A stretch of DNA of 64,000 nt from Rhizophagus irregularis (taxonomy: Eukaryota), in NCBI RefSeq assembly GCF_026210795.1, contig NC_089434.1, positions 3,410,001 to 3,474,000 on the forward strand. Reading direction: 5' to 3'. The first letter of the stretch is position 1; the number at the start of each line of letters is the position of its first letter. The translations under genes and the position numbers were made by a program. Positions 40,125 to 52,842 of this stretch are shown in pieces. The notes under the pieces were generated by a model. The model did not search any database, was not told where the DNA came from, and worked only from the letters and a program-made list of their open reading frames with translations.

Positions 40125-40430
40125 TTTAATAGTTATTCGGCACGAAGTGCCGAATAACTGTTATATTGGGTAAATCAAGTTTGATTGGTTGATCCGGGCT
40201 CCGCAGGAGCCCGAGATCAACTGATCAAACTTGATTCCCAATATAACAAGCTACCTTTAGGTAGCGTTAGTTATTCGGTTCGAAGTGCCGAATAAGTGAT
40301 TTATCCGGTATCCCGTGATTTGATATTGCCTGATACACGAATTTTTTTGCCTGATACACGAATTTTGCCTGATACACGATTTATTATAACCATTTTTAAT
40401 TATAAAAAATCACGTGATACCGGATATCTT
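40125..40430. repeat. Multi-hairpin element
   Basis: Hairpins at 40131-40159, 40159-40248, 40250-40265 and 40270-40295, then tatccggtatcMcgtgattt inverted repeats enclosing three ttgcctgatacacga copies. Confidence 0.85.
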
Positions 40431-40845
40431 ATTTTAGGTCTTGCTAATAAGATATTTTTATGTGAAAAGCCCGGTGATATTTTGCCATTTTATCACATTC
40501 AGATTTAATTTTTGCACGTGGTTATTAATAATCAAGAATAGAATAAGTTTATTTACTATTTTTTTTTCGCGTATTTAAAAATGTCTTGAAAAAAAATTTT
40601 TTTTTCTTTTTAAATATGTCGTTTATTTGAAAATTTCCCTTATTTCCCCTGGTGGTTTCTGAGTTGTGCCATATGCGATGTGTCAAGATTCATTATATGC
40701 ATCATGCTGTGAAACTTATTATTCAATAACGGACGGACGGATGAAATATATGAAAAGCGTTAAATTCACAAAAGTTTAAATACTACTTCTCATCTTCAAA
40801 AATTTTCTAATTAATTCCTTTTTATGTGATATATTTAAATATATA

Positions 40846-40978
40846 TGTTGTGCGTCAGATGCCGATTTGACAGCTGATGTGAGTCTGGCCTAGTAATGCT
40901 GGCCAACCCACTTAAGGCATTATAATATTGGGCAATATTGGGCCGATAATGTAGGCCGGAGGCATCTGACGCACAACA
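40846..40978. mobile_element. 133-bp TA-flanked MITE
   Basis: Perfect TA|TGTTGTGCGTCAGATGCC ... GGCATCTGACGCACAACA|TA. Confidence 0.88.
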
Positions 40979-41227
40979 TACAGTATATATGAGAATTTTT
41001 ATCGAAAAAAAAATAATAATTTTTTAACAGCAAAAAAAATATGTTTTTTTTCTGATTTAACGATTTTTTTTTTAGAAAAATTTCTTTTTCATTATTTGAA
41101 AGTACGGTAGAGAAGTTTTAAAATAATTCGATTCACGAAAAAAATTAAAAAAAAAAAATTTTTATTTAACGAGATTTTTATTAAAAATTTCTTTGTACAA
41201 AATATAATTCCTTTTTTTTTAAAAAAA

Positions 41228-41560
41228 AAGGAGCAACCGATCAATTACAATCTGTTAACTACCTCGATACTATCATTTCCTCTCATAACGATGTATGCAA
41301 ATAACCTTATATTTGTCAAGAGAAATTACATGAAGAACACGAACAAAAGGGACAAGAGAAACTCAGTAAAAGCTCTCCACATTCCAAACAACTATTTCAA
41401 GAAGTTGCCCAACAATCATAGCAATTTCAACGTAGAAGAAATTATAATGTTGCTACGATAATAAATATTGGAAAAATTACTTGTATTAGAAAAGGAAACA
41501 CTCCAAAGACTTTGACAATAAAAAAAAATATATCTGCGAAAAGGAAAAAAAAATATTTTT
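41228..41560 (+). pseudogene. Pseudogene of exon 1 of the two-exon family members
   Basis: 41341-41514 closely matches 48112-48263 (gaacaaaagggacaagagaaactcagtaaaag...gaaaaggaaacactccaaagacttt); ATG lost, premature stops, splice donor missing, no exon 2. Confidence 0.9.
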
Positions 41561-41709
41561 TTTCCTCTTTCTTAAAACTTACCATTTTAAAGTCGAACGA
41601 ACATCCTGTTGATATTGATATGGATCAGTTACCTTATAAAACTAATCGAGTTTCAGGGCTTAGCATTTTTAATTCAGGATCGAGATCACATAATCAAACT
41701 ATATTAAAA

Positions 41710-42105
41710 CTCCGTACGAGCCGGCTTGAGCCGAGCCGAGCCGAGTTTTAAGGTGGCTTGGCTCGAGCTTTTCGCAAATTCTATATTTTATTTGCATTTT
41801 TTAAATTTTGGCTGGAATTAAGTAATTGACATAGAAAATTCCTTTTTTGAACAATTGAGTAACGTGACATAATCATAAAAGGCAATTTTGTTGGAAATGC
41901 GTTACACACGATTCCAAAAGGAAATTTACACGTCGATCACTTAATTCTGGCCAAAATTAAAATCACGTGACACAGGCGCTGCGATAAATTTATTGATATT
42001 TTTTTTAAAAAATAAATATTTTAATATAACAGATAAACAATAAAATAAAGTTAATCCTATATTTTATTTGCGTAATGCTTAACAAATAAATAAATAAAAA
42101 ATAGA

Positions 42106-42137
<32 letters not shown>

Positions 42138-42243
42138 GAAAAAAAGTTCTAGAGCTTGCGAGCCAGCTCATAGCTCGCGAGCCAGCTCGAACGAGCTGTA
42201 TCAAAGCTCGGCTCGAGCTGGGACTGGCTCGTGCGGAGCACTA
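41710..42243. mobile_element. hAT-like MITE with gagcc subterminal repeats
   Basis: CTCCGTACGAGCC ... GGCTCGTGCGGAGCACTA; left end eroded; internal inverted repeat ~41806-41956. Confidence 0.7.
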
Positions 42244-42637
42244 AACTATATCCACTATCATATCCATCGCCTTATTTCTTGGCAACTGCGCACATGAAGT
42301 ACAAGATTTGCGGTAACATTTTTCCGCAGCAATTAAAAAATTAGAAAAATATGCAATGAACAAAAATGTACCTATAATTTATTATTGTTCCCTTTATGGA
42401 AAGGAATTTAATTATGAATTTTGATTAGTACAGGGTGTACCCAATACGCCATCTAATTTATCATTTGTGGGTAATTTGTTATCATCATAAAGGAGTTGTA
42501 CGAGATTCCAACAAAAAAAATCATACGACGTTAACGGAATTTTAATCGTTAAATATTCCTTTATATTTTATTTTAATACACTAACTATTTTAAGAATGTG
42601 GTATATAGGAGTTTAAAAAGGGTGTGGATTTGCGAAA

Positions 42638-44402
42638 TTACACGTATGTAAAAAAATCACGCAAAGGTTTACCGGCTAGAATTTTATTGGAAAAAATTAT
42701 TCCAAGATTTTTTTTCAACCACTGCAGATCTTTCTTTCAGAGTTTCTTCGGGGTATTTATTAGTTATTTCATCTCCAGGGGTTGGCATTACTTCACTTCG
42801 ATTTTTATACTGTTTGTATAAAAAGAAACTTCCGATTGTCAATGCAATACCACAAATTATACCTATTAAAGTTCCTATAGCTATGCCGGTTGTATTAATA
42901 TTAGAATGTGATAATGATTGAGGAGTAGGTAGTTGGGGAGTAGAAATTAATGATTGAGGTTCAAATTTTGTTGTCCAAACATATTCATCGTTATTACTGA
43001 TATCAAGTAATAATATATCATTCTCAGATTCTCGTGTGTATCCATACCCTTTAATATCAAATATACTTTAGTAAATTCAAATAATTTATAAAATATTAAA
43101 ATACTAAATAATTATTATATTTACCAAAAGTCACAACCATATATTTTCCAATTGTTAATGATCTATGAAAAGCACGGCTTGATGGAGGTTTTCCAGAGGT
43201 TGGCGGAGAATGCCATTTAATAGTATTTAAATTTAAAACATAAAGTGCATTTTCAGAGTACAGAACGTTCTTTGACGTAGAATTAGTGTCCCCTCCAAAA
43301 ATAATCACCCTTTGTGCATCCGGTCCTGTTGATTGTAGATTAAATTAAATATAAATTAAATATATAATATACTATTATTATATTATTTGAAATATTTACC
43401 AAGAACCGCTGAAAATGCAGCTCTTGGTGCGGGTATCGTTCCATCAACTTTCTAACATAAAACAAGAAGGTTACACGCTATTAAACTAAATTAATAATAA
43501 AAAACCAATCACTACCTTTGCCTCCCATGAACTGTTGATTGTATCATATAAGTATACCTTAAAATAATATCAAAATCATGAGTTATTGCTTAATTTATTT
43601 ATTTGATTCTATAATAATTACCTCATCTAATGGTAACCAGCTAATCGGACCAGACCCATTCGGACCACTCGGACCAAACCCACCTAGTTATAATAATAAT
43701 ATCATGAATTATGAAAAAATTCGTAATCTTTTTTAAAATCATATATTCATATTACATACCTAAATAGACAATAGTTTTGTTTGGCAAGAATACGGCACTA
43801 TAACCATCTCTTCTCCTAGGTGGATTAATTGCGCTGGATTTATTCCAGTTAAAATATATTGTATCCAAGATAAACATATCATTCACATAACCTACGGGAC
43901 TATTTCCACCAAACATATATAATAACCCATTATCATCAATTATAGGAAACATAAAATCCTTTCCGACAGGAGGGTCACCAGCTGGTTTTGGAACATACCA
44001 TGCGCTATGTTGGGCATCAAACGCATAAACTAATTCCATTGTTTGATTGCCAAAAGTTGTACCGCCATATAAGAATAACGTACTATTGTTTGCACCACCT
44101 TTAATAGCTATAGAATATCGATGCGATGGAACGACATTGCTGTTTGAGAGGTCAGTATATTTTACTTCATTAGTGCTAAAAGGAGTAGAGACATCGAAAT
44201 AAAAAAACGTTTCTTTTGGTTGGTTCCCGCTATTACGAGGAGGGATTTCTCCGCCTAATATATATAATTTATCATCAATTAATGTAGCAGTATGAGCGAG
44301 ACGTAAATCCGGTTTAGTTATTTGAGACTTTACTTCAACTAACAATTGAAGCAAAGCACCAAACGTAATAATATATATCAATGAATTGTTTAAAAAAATC
44401 AT
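42638..44402 (-). CDS. Kelch/galactose-oxidase-like beta-propeller, single-pass membrane protein (6 exons)
   Basis: Exons 44402-43760, 43683-43622, 43557-43516, 43451-43400, 43325-43124, 43048-42638 with GT-AG introns in consistent phase; hydrophobic leader, Kelch motifs (KLYILGG, LFLYGG, LYMFGG, VIIFGG), Pro/Ser/Thr stalk, TM segment GIAIGTLIGIICGIALTIGSFFLY followed by KQYKNR. Confidence 0.92.
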
Positions 44403-45639
44403 TTTGTTTGAGAAAAAATATATATATACTGTATGTGTATATATATATATATAAAGACGCTCGATAAAAGAAGGAGAGTGAATAGAAGGATTTTTAAATG
44501 TATGAAATACTTTTTTTTTTTTTATCAGGTAAATTTAAAACAATAATACAAATATTCAAAACCAGCCCTGAAGGCTGTACACTTTGGTGAGTTAATTACA
44601 AAACCTTATCTCATTTCGATCATGTTAGTTAGGTTGTATCAGGTATAATGCCGATCATTACCGATTTATATTCATTAGGTATGCAATATGCACTATCGGA
44701 AATCAATATCCGATTGATCCCCTTAATTAGGTAGTTTATTAATTCTAGTCCACTACGAATTTTGTTTGGTGCTGTATCAATTTTATCAATTTTATCATAT
44801 AAAAAAATTCTTGTTATACCGAAGATTACTAGTAAAATGCAGTATACCAGTGTAAAATATATATAAAATAACTTATTATAACGAATTTTTGTTCATGACG
44901 AAGATATTTTGTGTGACATGCGTTATCCATTATATCGCCTTGCCGATCATTTGCTCCTAATCCTCTTACCCTAGCCTTATCCTAACCCTTATCCTAACTA
45001 TCAATTAATTTTTTGTTTTCTCGTCCTTACGCCAGTTTCGCATCAAAATCTGTGCTCATGAAAAAAATAGAACCCGTGTTACATTAAATTTATTCGCCGT
45101 CCAGGAGATCGATAATCGAGAAATGGTCGAAAAAGGTAAATGGATTTTTAATTAAAAGGTGATAATATAAAGGGCGTAACACATGTGACAAAATTTCCTA
45201 AACACTGATGTTAATTTAAAATTCCCGCGCATTTAAGATTACAAATTAAAAAATGGCGGGCGCACTGATTATATGCCATATATCCTGCATAATTTATAAA
45301 CTGTTATAGTTTAAATTTAATAATGATATCTGCTCTCATAAATAAATAAAAAACTTCCTCTTGGCGTTGACAAAAAAAAAAAATAAATTGTTTTTTCCTA
45401 TTCCTCAATCTTCTTTTGAACGTTCGGTTACTACGGTTATTTCTCTCTCTTTCGACCATTTTTTCCTTACAATTTTACTAGTTTTTTATTGAAGAAAATA
45501 ATCTAAATATGCATACGAAAAAAATAACAAAATTTTTACATTAGTCGCACTTTTACTTACCTCTTGCTTTAGCTATATTTATGGTATGTTTTGCTTAACT
45601 TTATAATCTTCGGTCAAGATTAAAAGCAGGTAATTTACA

Positions 45640-45985
45640 TTTATCATTTGTCACAGATTTTCGCCGCAGTACATTGTTCTTCGATGATAAAATGTTTAAA
45701 TGTTCAAATCCTTCACTTACAACTGATGTCATATTGAAACATCACTTCTTACAAATTACGTCATTGTGTTCTCCGAATATAACTATAGAGTTAAGCTCTC
45801 GACATGTGCCCATTTTCACAGCATCCGAAATTTAATTATGGAATTTGCCTAAATTGTATTCATTAATTTATTTTGTCAGACTAATTTTTTTTAAACAATT
45901 TACTTTCATATTTAATTTCATTTATATTATTTCTTAAACCATTATTTGCATTTTTCTCTTGGTAAGTTGGATCTTTACGTAAGAA
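45640..45985. repeat. Inverted, diverged copy of the 5.7-6.2 kb conserved block
   Basis: Reverse complement contains taaagatccaacttaccaaga (cf. 5788-5808) and tttgaacat...tactgcggcgaaaat (cf. 6104-6184). Confidence 0.7.
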
Positions 45986-47964
45986 TTTTTTAATCTCTTT
46001 CCAATTCTGAGACATACTATTTCAAAAAGTCCATATTATCATCATATTCGGCCATCTCTTCTCTCAGTTTTTGAACGATCATATCAACCGATATCTCAAA
46101 AGGGAACAATCAAATAACTGGGCTCAATACAATTTTAATTTTTAATCGTTTCAAAAGAGTCCTTCGATCGACAAATTACCTTTTTTGACTCTAATTTTTT
46201 TTTTACACTAATTTCTTCTTTTTTCATTTTGACCCTATTTATCATAGTTGTAGCAGACACTGGCTATTTATTATTATTTATTATTATTCATATACAAATA
46301 AGGATATAAAAATATTGTGAAAATTGATTTTGTAATACGAATCATCAATAAATGTTTAAAATAATGTTTAGTAATATTGTGAAACCTTTCTAAAGCGAAA
46401 AGACAAATTAGGAATTAGTATGTAACACGCATTCGATTGATTACCTGTTTATAGAAAAATAACAATAAATATTTAGGGTAGAAAGTAGAAACTATGTCGG
46501 TCACGGACACACAGGACCGAATGATTGGATGAAAGTAGTGACCATTTTCACCATTTTCATCAGGGTCCTAAGGGCCTTGTGACCGATAAGGTGATAATGA
46601 TGATAATATTTATGAACGGGGTAACATTTTATGCAGGTCACGTGGTGTGAAAAATCTTGGGGAAGATTGATGCCAATCCAAGCATATGATCAAATTATAA
46701 TTAATCACTGATCGCAAAATTTTCCAATTAACATGTTCGTTTTTTTCGTTTTTGCTTATTTTAAATTGCGATCAATACGACCAAGAAATTCCACTTTTTT
46801 GTAGAACGCAAAAATCGAATCATTGATCGGGTAACACATTTCCGTCAGCCAATATTTATCAACTCAAAACGGCCTAATTATATAGCATTTTGATCATGCA
46901 TTTCCGCTTTATAAGCTTTTTTAAACTTTTCCTATAAAAATTTTCATTTACACAATCATTTTTACTTTATCTGTTATTATATCAATTATATATAATCATG
47001 CATGATCCTATTGGGCTGAACGATAACCAAAAATATTTCTTTTTTTTTATTCCTCATAACAGTATTAAGTTTTTTGGGTAGATATAAAATGTAACGTTGT
47101 TGTGTAGCCAGCCAAATGGTGCGACAAAAGTGGTGTTTTTGTTTCGTTTAATTACGATACTTCGTGAAAAATGTAAGTTTAGTTTTGTTTACACGTCTAG
47201 GAAGGATAACGCCAGGATTTTTCCTTGAATTTCCGAATTTCTCAGATAATAATTTTTTTTTCTTTTTGAGACGCGAAAAAAAGAATAAACCTTTTTTTTT
47301 TTTGGCGGTAAATTTGTTAATTTATAAACATCTTTTCGTTCATGTCTTTTTTTTAAAAAAAAATAATAAAATGATTCTAATAATCATCCAAAGTAATGAT
47401 TAGACGCGAAAAAAATTTACTTCACATTATTACGTCGTAAAAAATTTTATTTATTTATTTTTTTACCAGCCCTTGAATGTCCGATTCCCGGTGGTTGCCG
47501 CTGCCAATATTAACCTTTTTTATAATTTTATGAATTATAAGCAAAAGGAAAAATCAGATAGAAAAATAAAATAGTGAAATTTGATGATACATGTTTAATA
47601 AAGTTGAATAAAAAAAATTTTTAATATAAATACATAATCTATATACAGTAGTTTTTTTTAACAAAATTTTTTTCCTTTTGTCTTATGAATTTTTTTTTAA
47701 AAAATACAATAGAAGTTTTATAATACTTTTTTCAAATTTTTCAAAGACCTCTATCGAAAAAGTTCTCATTTTGAAGAAAAAATATATATATTCGAATATT
47801 TTTTTAGTATTTCGAGAAAAACAAACAACAAACAAGATACACTTAAAAAAACTTCTCATTATTATTTTTTTTTATAAAAAAAAAACAAATTTTTATTAAA
47901 AGCGAAAATTTGAAAAATTTCTTATACAGAAATATAATTCTTTTTTTAAAAAAATTAAAAAAAA

Positions 47965-48648
47965 ATGGAACAGCAATCAGTCACTTACTCTGCAATCCAA
48001 ATTTTTAACTACCCCGGCCAAACTCAAAAATGGGCAAACACTAATGTTATTTCTTCTAATTATAAAGAGGTATGCAAACAACCTTGTGAAAAGAAATTAC
48101 GTGAAGAACGCGAACAAAAGGGACAAGAGAAACTCAGTAAAAGTTCTCTGCATTCCAAACAACTATCTCAGCAATCTCAACGTGGAAGAAATAACAATGT
48201 TGCTATGATAATAAATATTGGAAAAATTACTTGTGTTAGAAAAGGAAACACTCCAAAGACTTTAAAATGGTAAGTTCTAAGAAAGGAAAGGAAAAAAAAT
48301 ATTTTTTTTCGCTTCACTCTATTTTTTGGGTTATCTGTATGTAGAAATGGGGATGTGGAGAGTGAAACACACGGCAAAAAGTTAATTGGTTATTAATTAA
48401 CCTTCTTAACTACTAAGATTCAGTTTTAATTTTTGACATTTTCTATTACCTCTACTAGTTCTTTGTATCAAAGAAAAGTTATCAGCCCATCGGCTTATGT
48501 CAATCGTATCCTTCGTAAACGTAGAAATCACCGACAGCTAAGACATGTCAATAATTATACATTATTGAATCCTATCAGGCAATTATCAAGACAAAACACA
48601 AACGATCCATTTGCGAACCAAATTTTTAATGGATCCAATTTCTTCTGA
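47965..48648 (+). CDS. Family member 4, predicted two-exon gene (47965-48269 + 48459-48648, 164 aa)
   Basis: Donor TG|gtaagt at 48270; acceptor tctactag| at 48458 gives an in-frame join; exon 2 has RKRRNHRQLRH and NDPFANQIFNGSNFF. Acceptor choice uncertain. Confidence 0.7.
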
Positions 48649-49885
48649 TTCCCTTCTGATTCCATTCTATTATTCAAATATCGTCTCTTCGCTTATGTTT
48701 AAATAATTTAAAGTAATTCGCTCGAAATCGTTATTCTAATTTCGTAATCAGTTAAACGTGCAAAATCTGTCAATATCGTCACACTTCATTTTCCATATTT
48801 AAAAATTATTTTATATGATACTATACTATATAAAAAAAATAAAAAAAATTATTTTCATGTATTTATGAAATTTTTGGAGGAATACAAAGTCGTACTCACA
48901 TTTACGTTCAATTCGTTTTTTTTAAGGGTGCAATAAAATTTTTTGTTTTTATGTAATTATATTTTTAGTTTACGTTATTGTTATTTTTCTTATTATTTAT
49001 GGTTTTATAAAAGAAATAAATGATATTATTGTTAAAAATAATGGACAGAATTTCATTCATCCTTGCCTTTTTTCATAATTACGTTACAAATTTTGGGAAG
49101 CGTGCAACACAAAAGCGAGAGAGATGTATGATAAAGAGATCATCCCACAAATCCCACAAAGAAAAAAAAGAAAAAAGAAAAATAAAGAGAATGTTACAGA
49201 TAAGGCCATGCCCTTATTTTCTATTTATGCTTAGTTAATAATGGACCCATAACGTAAGCAACGATATATACCGAACCCGTTGTTACCCAATACTTTCTCC
49301 CCCAAAAAAATTCTTAAATCTAATTGGATTAAAAAAGGGCGCCCAATAATCTTTAACAATAATAACAACAAAATAAATTTAAATAATAATGAAAACATCC
49401 CCAAATTTTCAACTTTCGGTTTTTTTCTGTGCAACTTGCTGGTTATGTTTAAAGATTTTTGTACTTCGATCGAATATTATATTTTTTTTTTGTGTACCTA
49501 CTAGCATTGATGCAAAAGGTGATATCTAAAAGCATTTTTTTTTTGGATATTATTATTTGTACAGCGGTCTTACCGCAATCCTCCAAACATGAACGCTATA
49601 AAAAGTAAAGACTGTTTCACAACTAGTCATTATTAATCATTGATATACTGCCCTATTAGGACCATCGTACATGTCGTACAGATATTTAGCACATCATGCT
49701 TATAATATAATGTTTGAATTTATTATAATTGCGTATAAAAATTTTACACTAAATTTATTGACACATGATTCTATATTACATAGTGTTAAAATTAATTAGT
49801 TGATATTAAAAACTGAATTTGATATTAGATCTAATATAAAGCTTATGAAAAGTATAATTAAAAACTAATCAAATGATGATCATTA

Positions 49886-50186
49886 TCATTCTTCGATCCG
49901 AGTCCGGTTTATCCGGATTTTATCCGGATAAAACCGATTATCCGCGGTTAAATCCGTGTTTTATCCGGATTGTAAGTTTTGGATAATTTAAAGTATTTCG
50001 GGAACTAATGATCAGAACTCTATGATTCATAGCTTGTTTGAAAGCTCTTAATGCTACGAATGTGATCATAGTACTGAAATTTAAAAATAAACAGTTCTAA
50101 CCCGAATTTTATTTTAATAACTATTTTCATTCGGATAAAATAATTATTTTATCCGGATAACGGTTTTTATCCGGATCGAAGCACTA
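49886..50186. mobile_element. hAT-like MITE with atccggat subterminal repeats
   Basis: CTTCGATCCG ... CGGATCGAAGCACTA inverted ends; repeated tatccggat near both ends. Confidence 0.72.
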
Positions 50187-50197
50187 ATTCTGGCATT

Positions 50198-50255
50198 GTG
50201 CTTGATAAATGGAATGATGTAGCACGAAGTGCCACATCATACCATTAACAAGCAC
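50198..50255. repeat. Long hairpin with cGAAg triloop
   Basis: gtgcttgataaatggaatgatgtagcac-gaa-gtgccacatcataccattaacaagcac. Confidence 0.75.
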
Positions 50256-52842
50256 GCCCGTGCAATAACATATAATTAATATGAAAACTTGACAATGGTA
50301 TTAATGGTATTAATAAAATTTGTACAGCTTCTAAATACGTCAAAAAATTTTTTTTTTTCTAGTTCTGACTAAAATAACGATTCTAGGACAATATTTTTAC
50401 ATTAAATTTTATTCAGCAAACGATGATTTATGGTAAAAAATGGGTATATATTTATGGAAGATAATGTTGAAATAAAAATGCTTTAAATTTAATTCGTGAT
50501 CCGCAAAGGATCTGCAGAAAATGGGAATCTGGCGTGGCGTCAAATAAAAGTAAAAAATTATGTGAGAAATTTATTTAAAAAACAAATTATTTGAAACTTT
50601 GGGAATTGGGATAAATATTATGTATTAAAATATGTCATTTAAATGGGTTTACATAAAGAGCATTACTTAAGGAGTGAAAACAGGGTATCAAAAAAAGATT
50701 ACTAAATGATCGACATTAATTTACACCGAAATCATATATGAATTTTTGCAGTTGACTCACGTTAAGCAAGTTAGTTTCATATTAATAATAAAACTCAACT
50801 TGAGCTGAAAACAATAAATAATTGAACGAACCAAAAATTTTTATAAAGCTTTCCTTTTTTCTTTCATTTACAGTCAACTACTCCATATCCGTGATCACGA
50901 TACCATAACAGATAAAGGTAGTCAAAATAATCGTTGTCAAATGCTTGATCCGCAGTTCATTTCTTTTGGTATGCGCTTTCAAGTTGTGCCAGGTTCTGGG
51001 TATACCCAATCTTAATATTACGTGGCTTTTCTTCAGTGATGCAAAGAAGGTCTTAACTCTGGATATAACGAACTTGTTTATACCGAAATTTGTTATACCA
51101 AACCGTGTATTGCAGAACAGATTTTCTTACAATTAATAACGAATTTATATAATAAAATGCATCTGAGCATGTTCATGCGGTATTAAACTTAATAATTTAT
51201 TTAACGTCATATGTTTAGCTATATTAAACTACAACCGAATTACTACACGGCTTAAAATTTAGCATTGTAACTTTTTTACATTATTAGGACATGGATAATC
51301 TATTTTGCTAAAACGTATATAATCTTTAATTGTGATTTGTGCGAGATTATCACATGTCTATATTTTTATTGGTCGATTTTATAAACTGAGCGGTTTATTT
51401 ATGAAGGATACTAAAAATCCCAATTGTCAAAATTTTAGCCTAAAATGCATTAGGATATAATCAACAATTTGTTACAAAAATTCTCTCGGATAATTTAATG
51501 ATATGATATGATTAACACGTTGAATGATGTACAAACATTCTACATGCAGTATATGACATCAACGTAACCAAAATGTTGCACAAACATCATACATTATGAT
51601 GCAACTTTTTTTCAGGGGGTGGCTTTTAAAGGTATCATATGTAAAAATAATTCTTATTTTGTATACAATAATAGTAAAAAAATTATTTATATCTACGTTT
51701 GCGTTACATTTATCTATTGTCGGATTTTTTGATTCAAAACGTTTGATCTGAATACAATAACCACATCAAGAAAAAACAATAATTATGTTTTAAATAAAAA
51801 ATTGCTCATTTCTAAAATGTCTTAGATTAATTAGAAAATTATTATGTAAAATTTATAAGTTATGTAAAAAAGGTTTTTATTAATTACTATTTTATTTTTC
51901 GTTACACTTTAATATTTTTATCTATAATCATGATTTTTTGGATAGAAAATTTTTTTTTCCTAATAGTGAATTAAATACGTCAAATTGATATTTTTTTCTT
52001 ACTGTGTAGGCCGAAATTTTAATTTCCGTAAAGTCCGGAATATAAACAAAGAATGGTTGATCGACAAAACAAATATCTGCGGTTACGTCATTACTTAACC
52101 GATCTTTTCCTTTTAATGATTGGAAAGAAAGAAGATTGGATAAAAAAAATTACGATAAGATGACACCATACACTGCCATTTCCTCTTTAAGAGAATCAAT
52201 CATTTTTTTATTTTTGAATTGCAATTGGACAATAAATTAAAAATAGAATATATTTTTATAACTTTGTTTTTTTTAAAAAAAAAAAACTAAGTTCAATAAT
52301 TTGGTTTTAACTTCCACAAAGTCCGATACCTAAATACTAGGAAATTCGGCTATGACGCTATGTTCTTCCTTTATATAACTCAAAAAAACAAAAAATACTT
52401 TTACTCAATTGATTGAAACTTTCTAATAATAGAACAACTGAATTAAAAAAAAAGTCAAAGAATTGAGTCGTTCTTTTCATAGTCCCCGCATTTAAAAAAT
52501 GAGAAAATATGAATAATTAGGAAAAAAGAATTTTTTTTTTTACATAAATACACTAGACGATTTAACCCAAATATTTTTTTTAACAACGAAAAAAATTTTT
52601 TTTTTTTTCCTTTTCCTTGTTTGTCGAATTTTTTTTAAATTATTCTCTCATTTTTATTGAAAGTACGGTAGAAGTTTTAATACTTCTTTTCAAAATTTTT
52701 AAAAATTCCTTACAATGGTCCTTTCTTTTATGTGATATATAATTTATATATTTGCAAAAAAGAAAAAGAAATCGCAAAGTTTTTTAATTCATCTCTCACT
52801 TTGAATTCGAATCTTTCTTTTTAACATATTTTGAAAAAAAAA

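Noticed and set aside
44960..45000. Telomere-like CCCTAA/TTAGGG motifs (also 23510-23605)
   Set aside because: Few, degenerate and internal; more likely transposon remnants.
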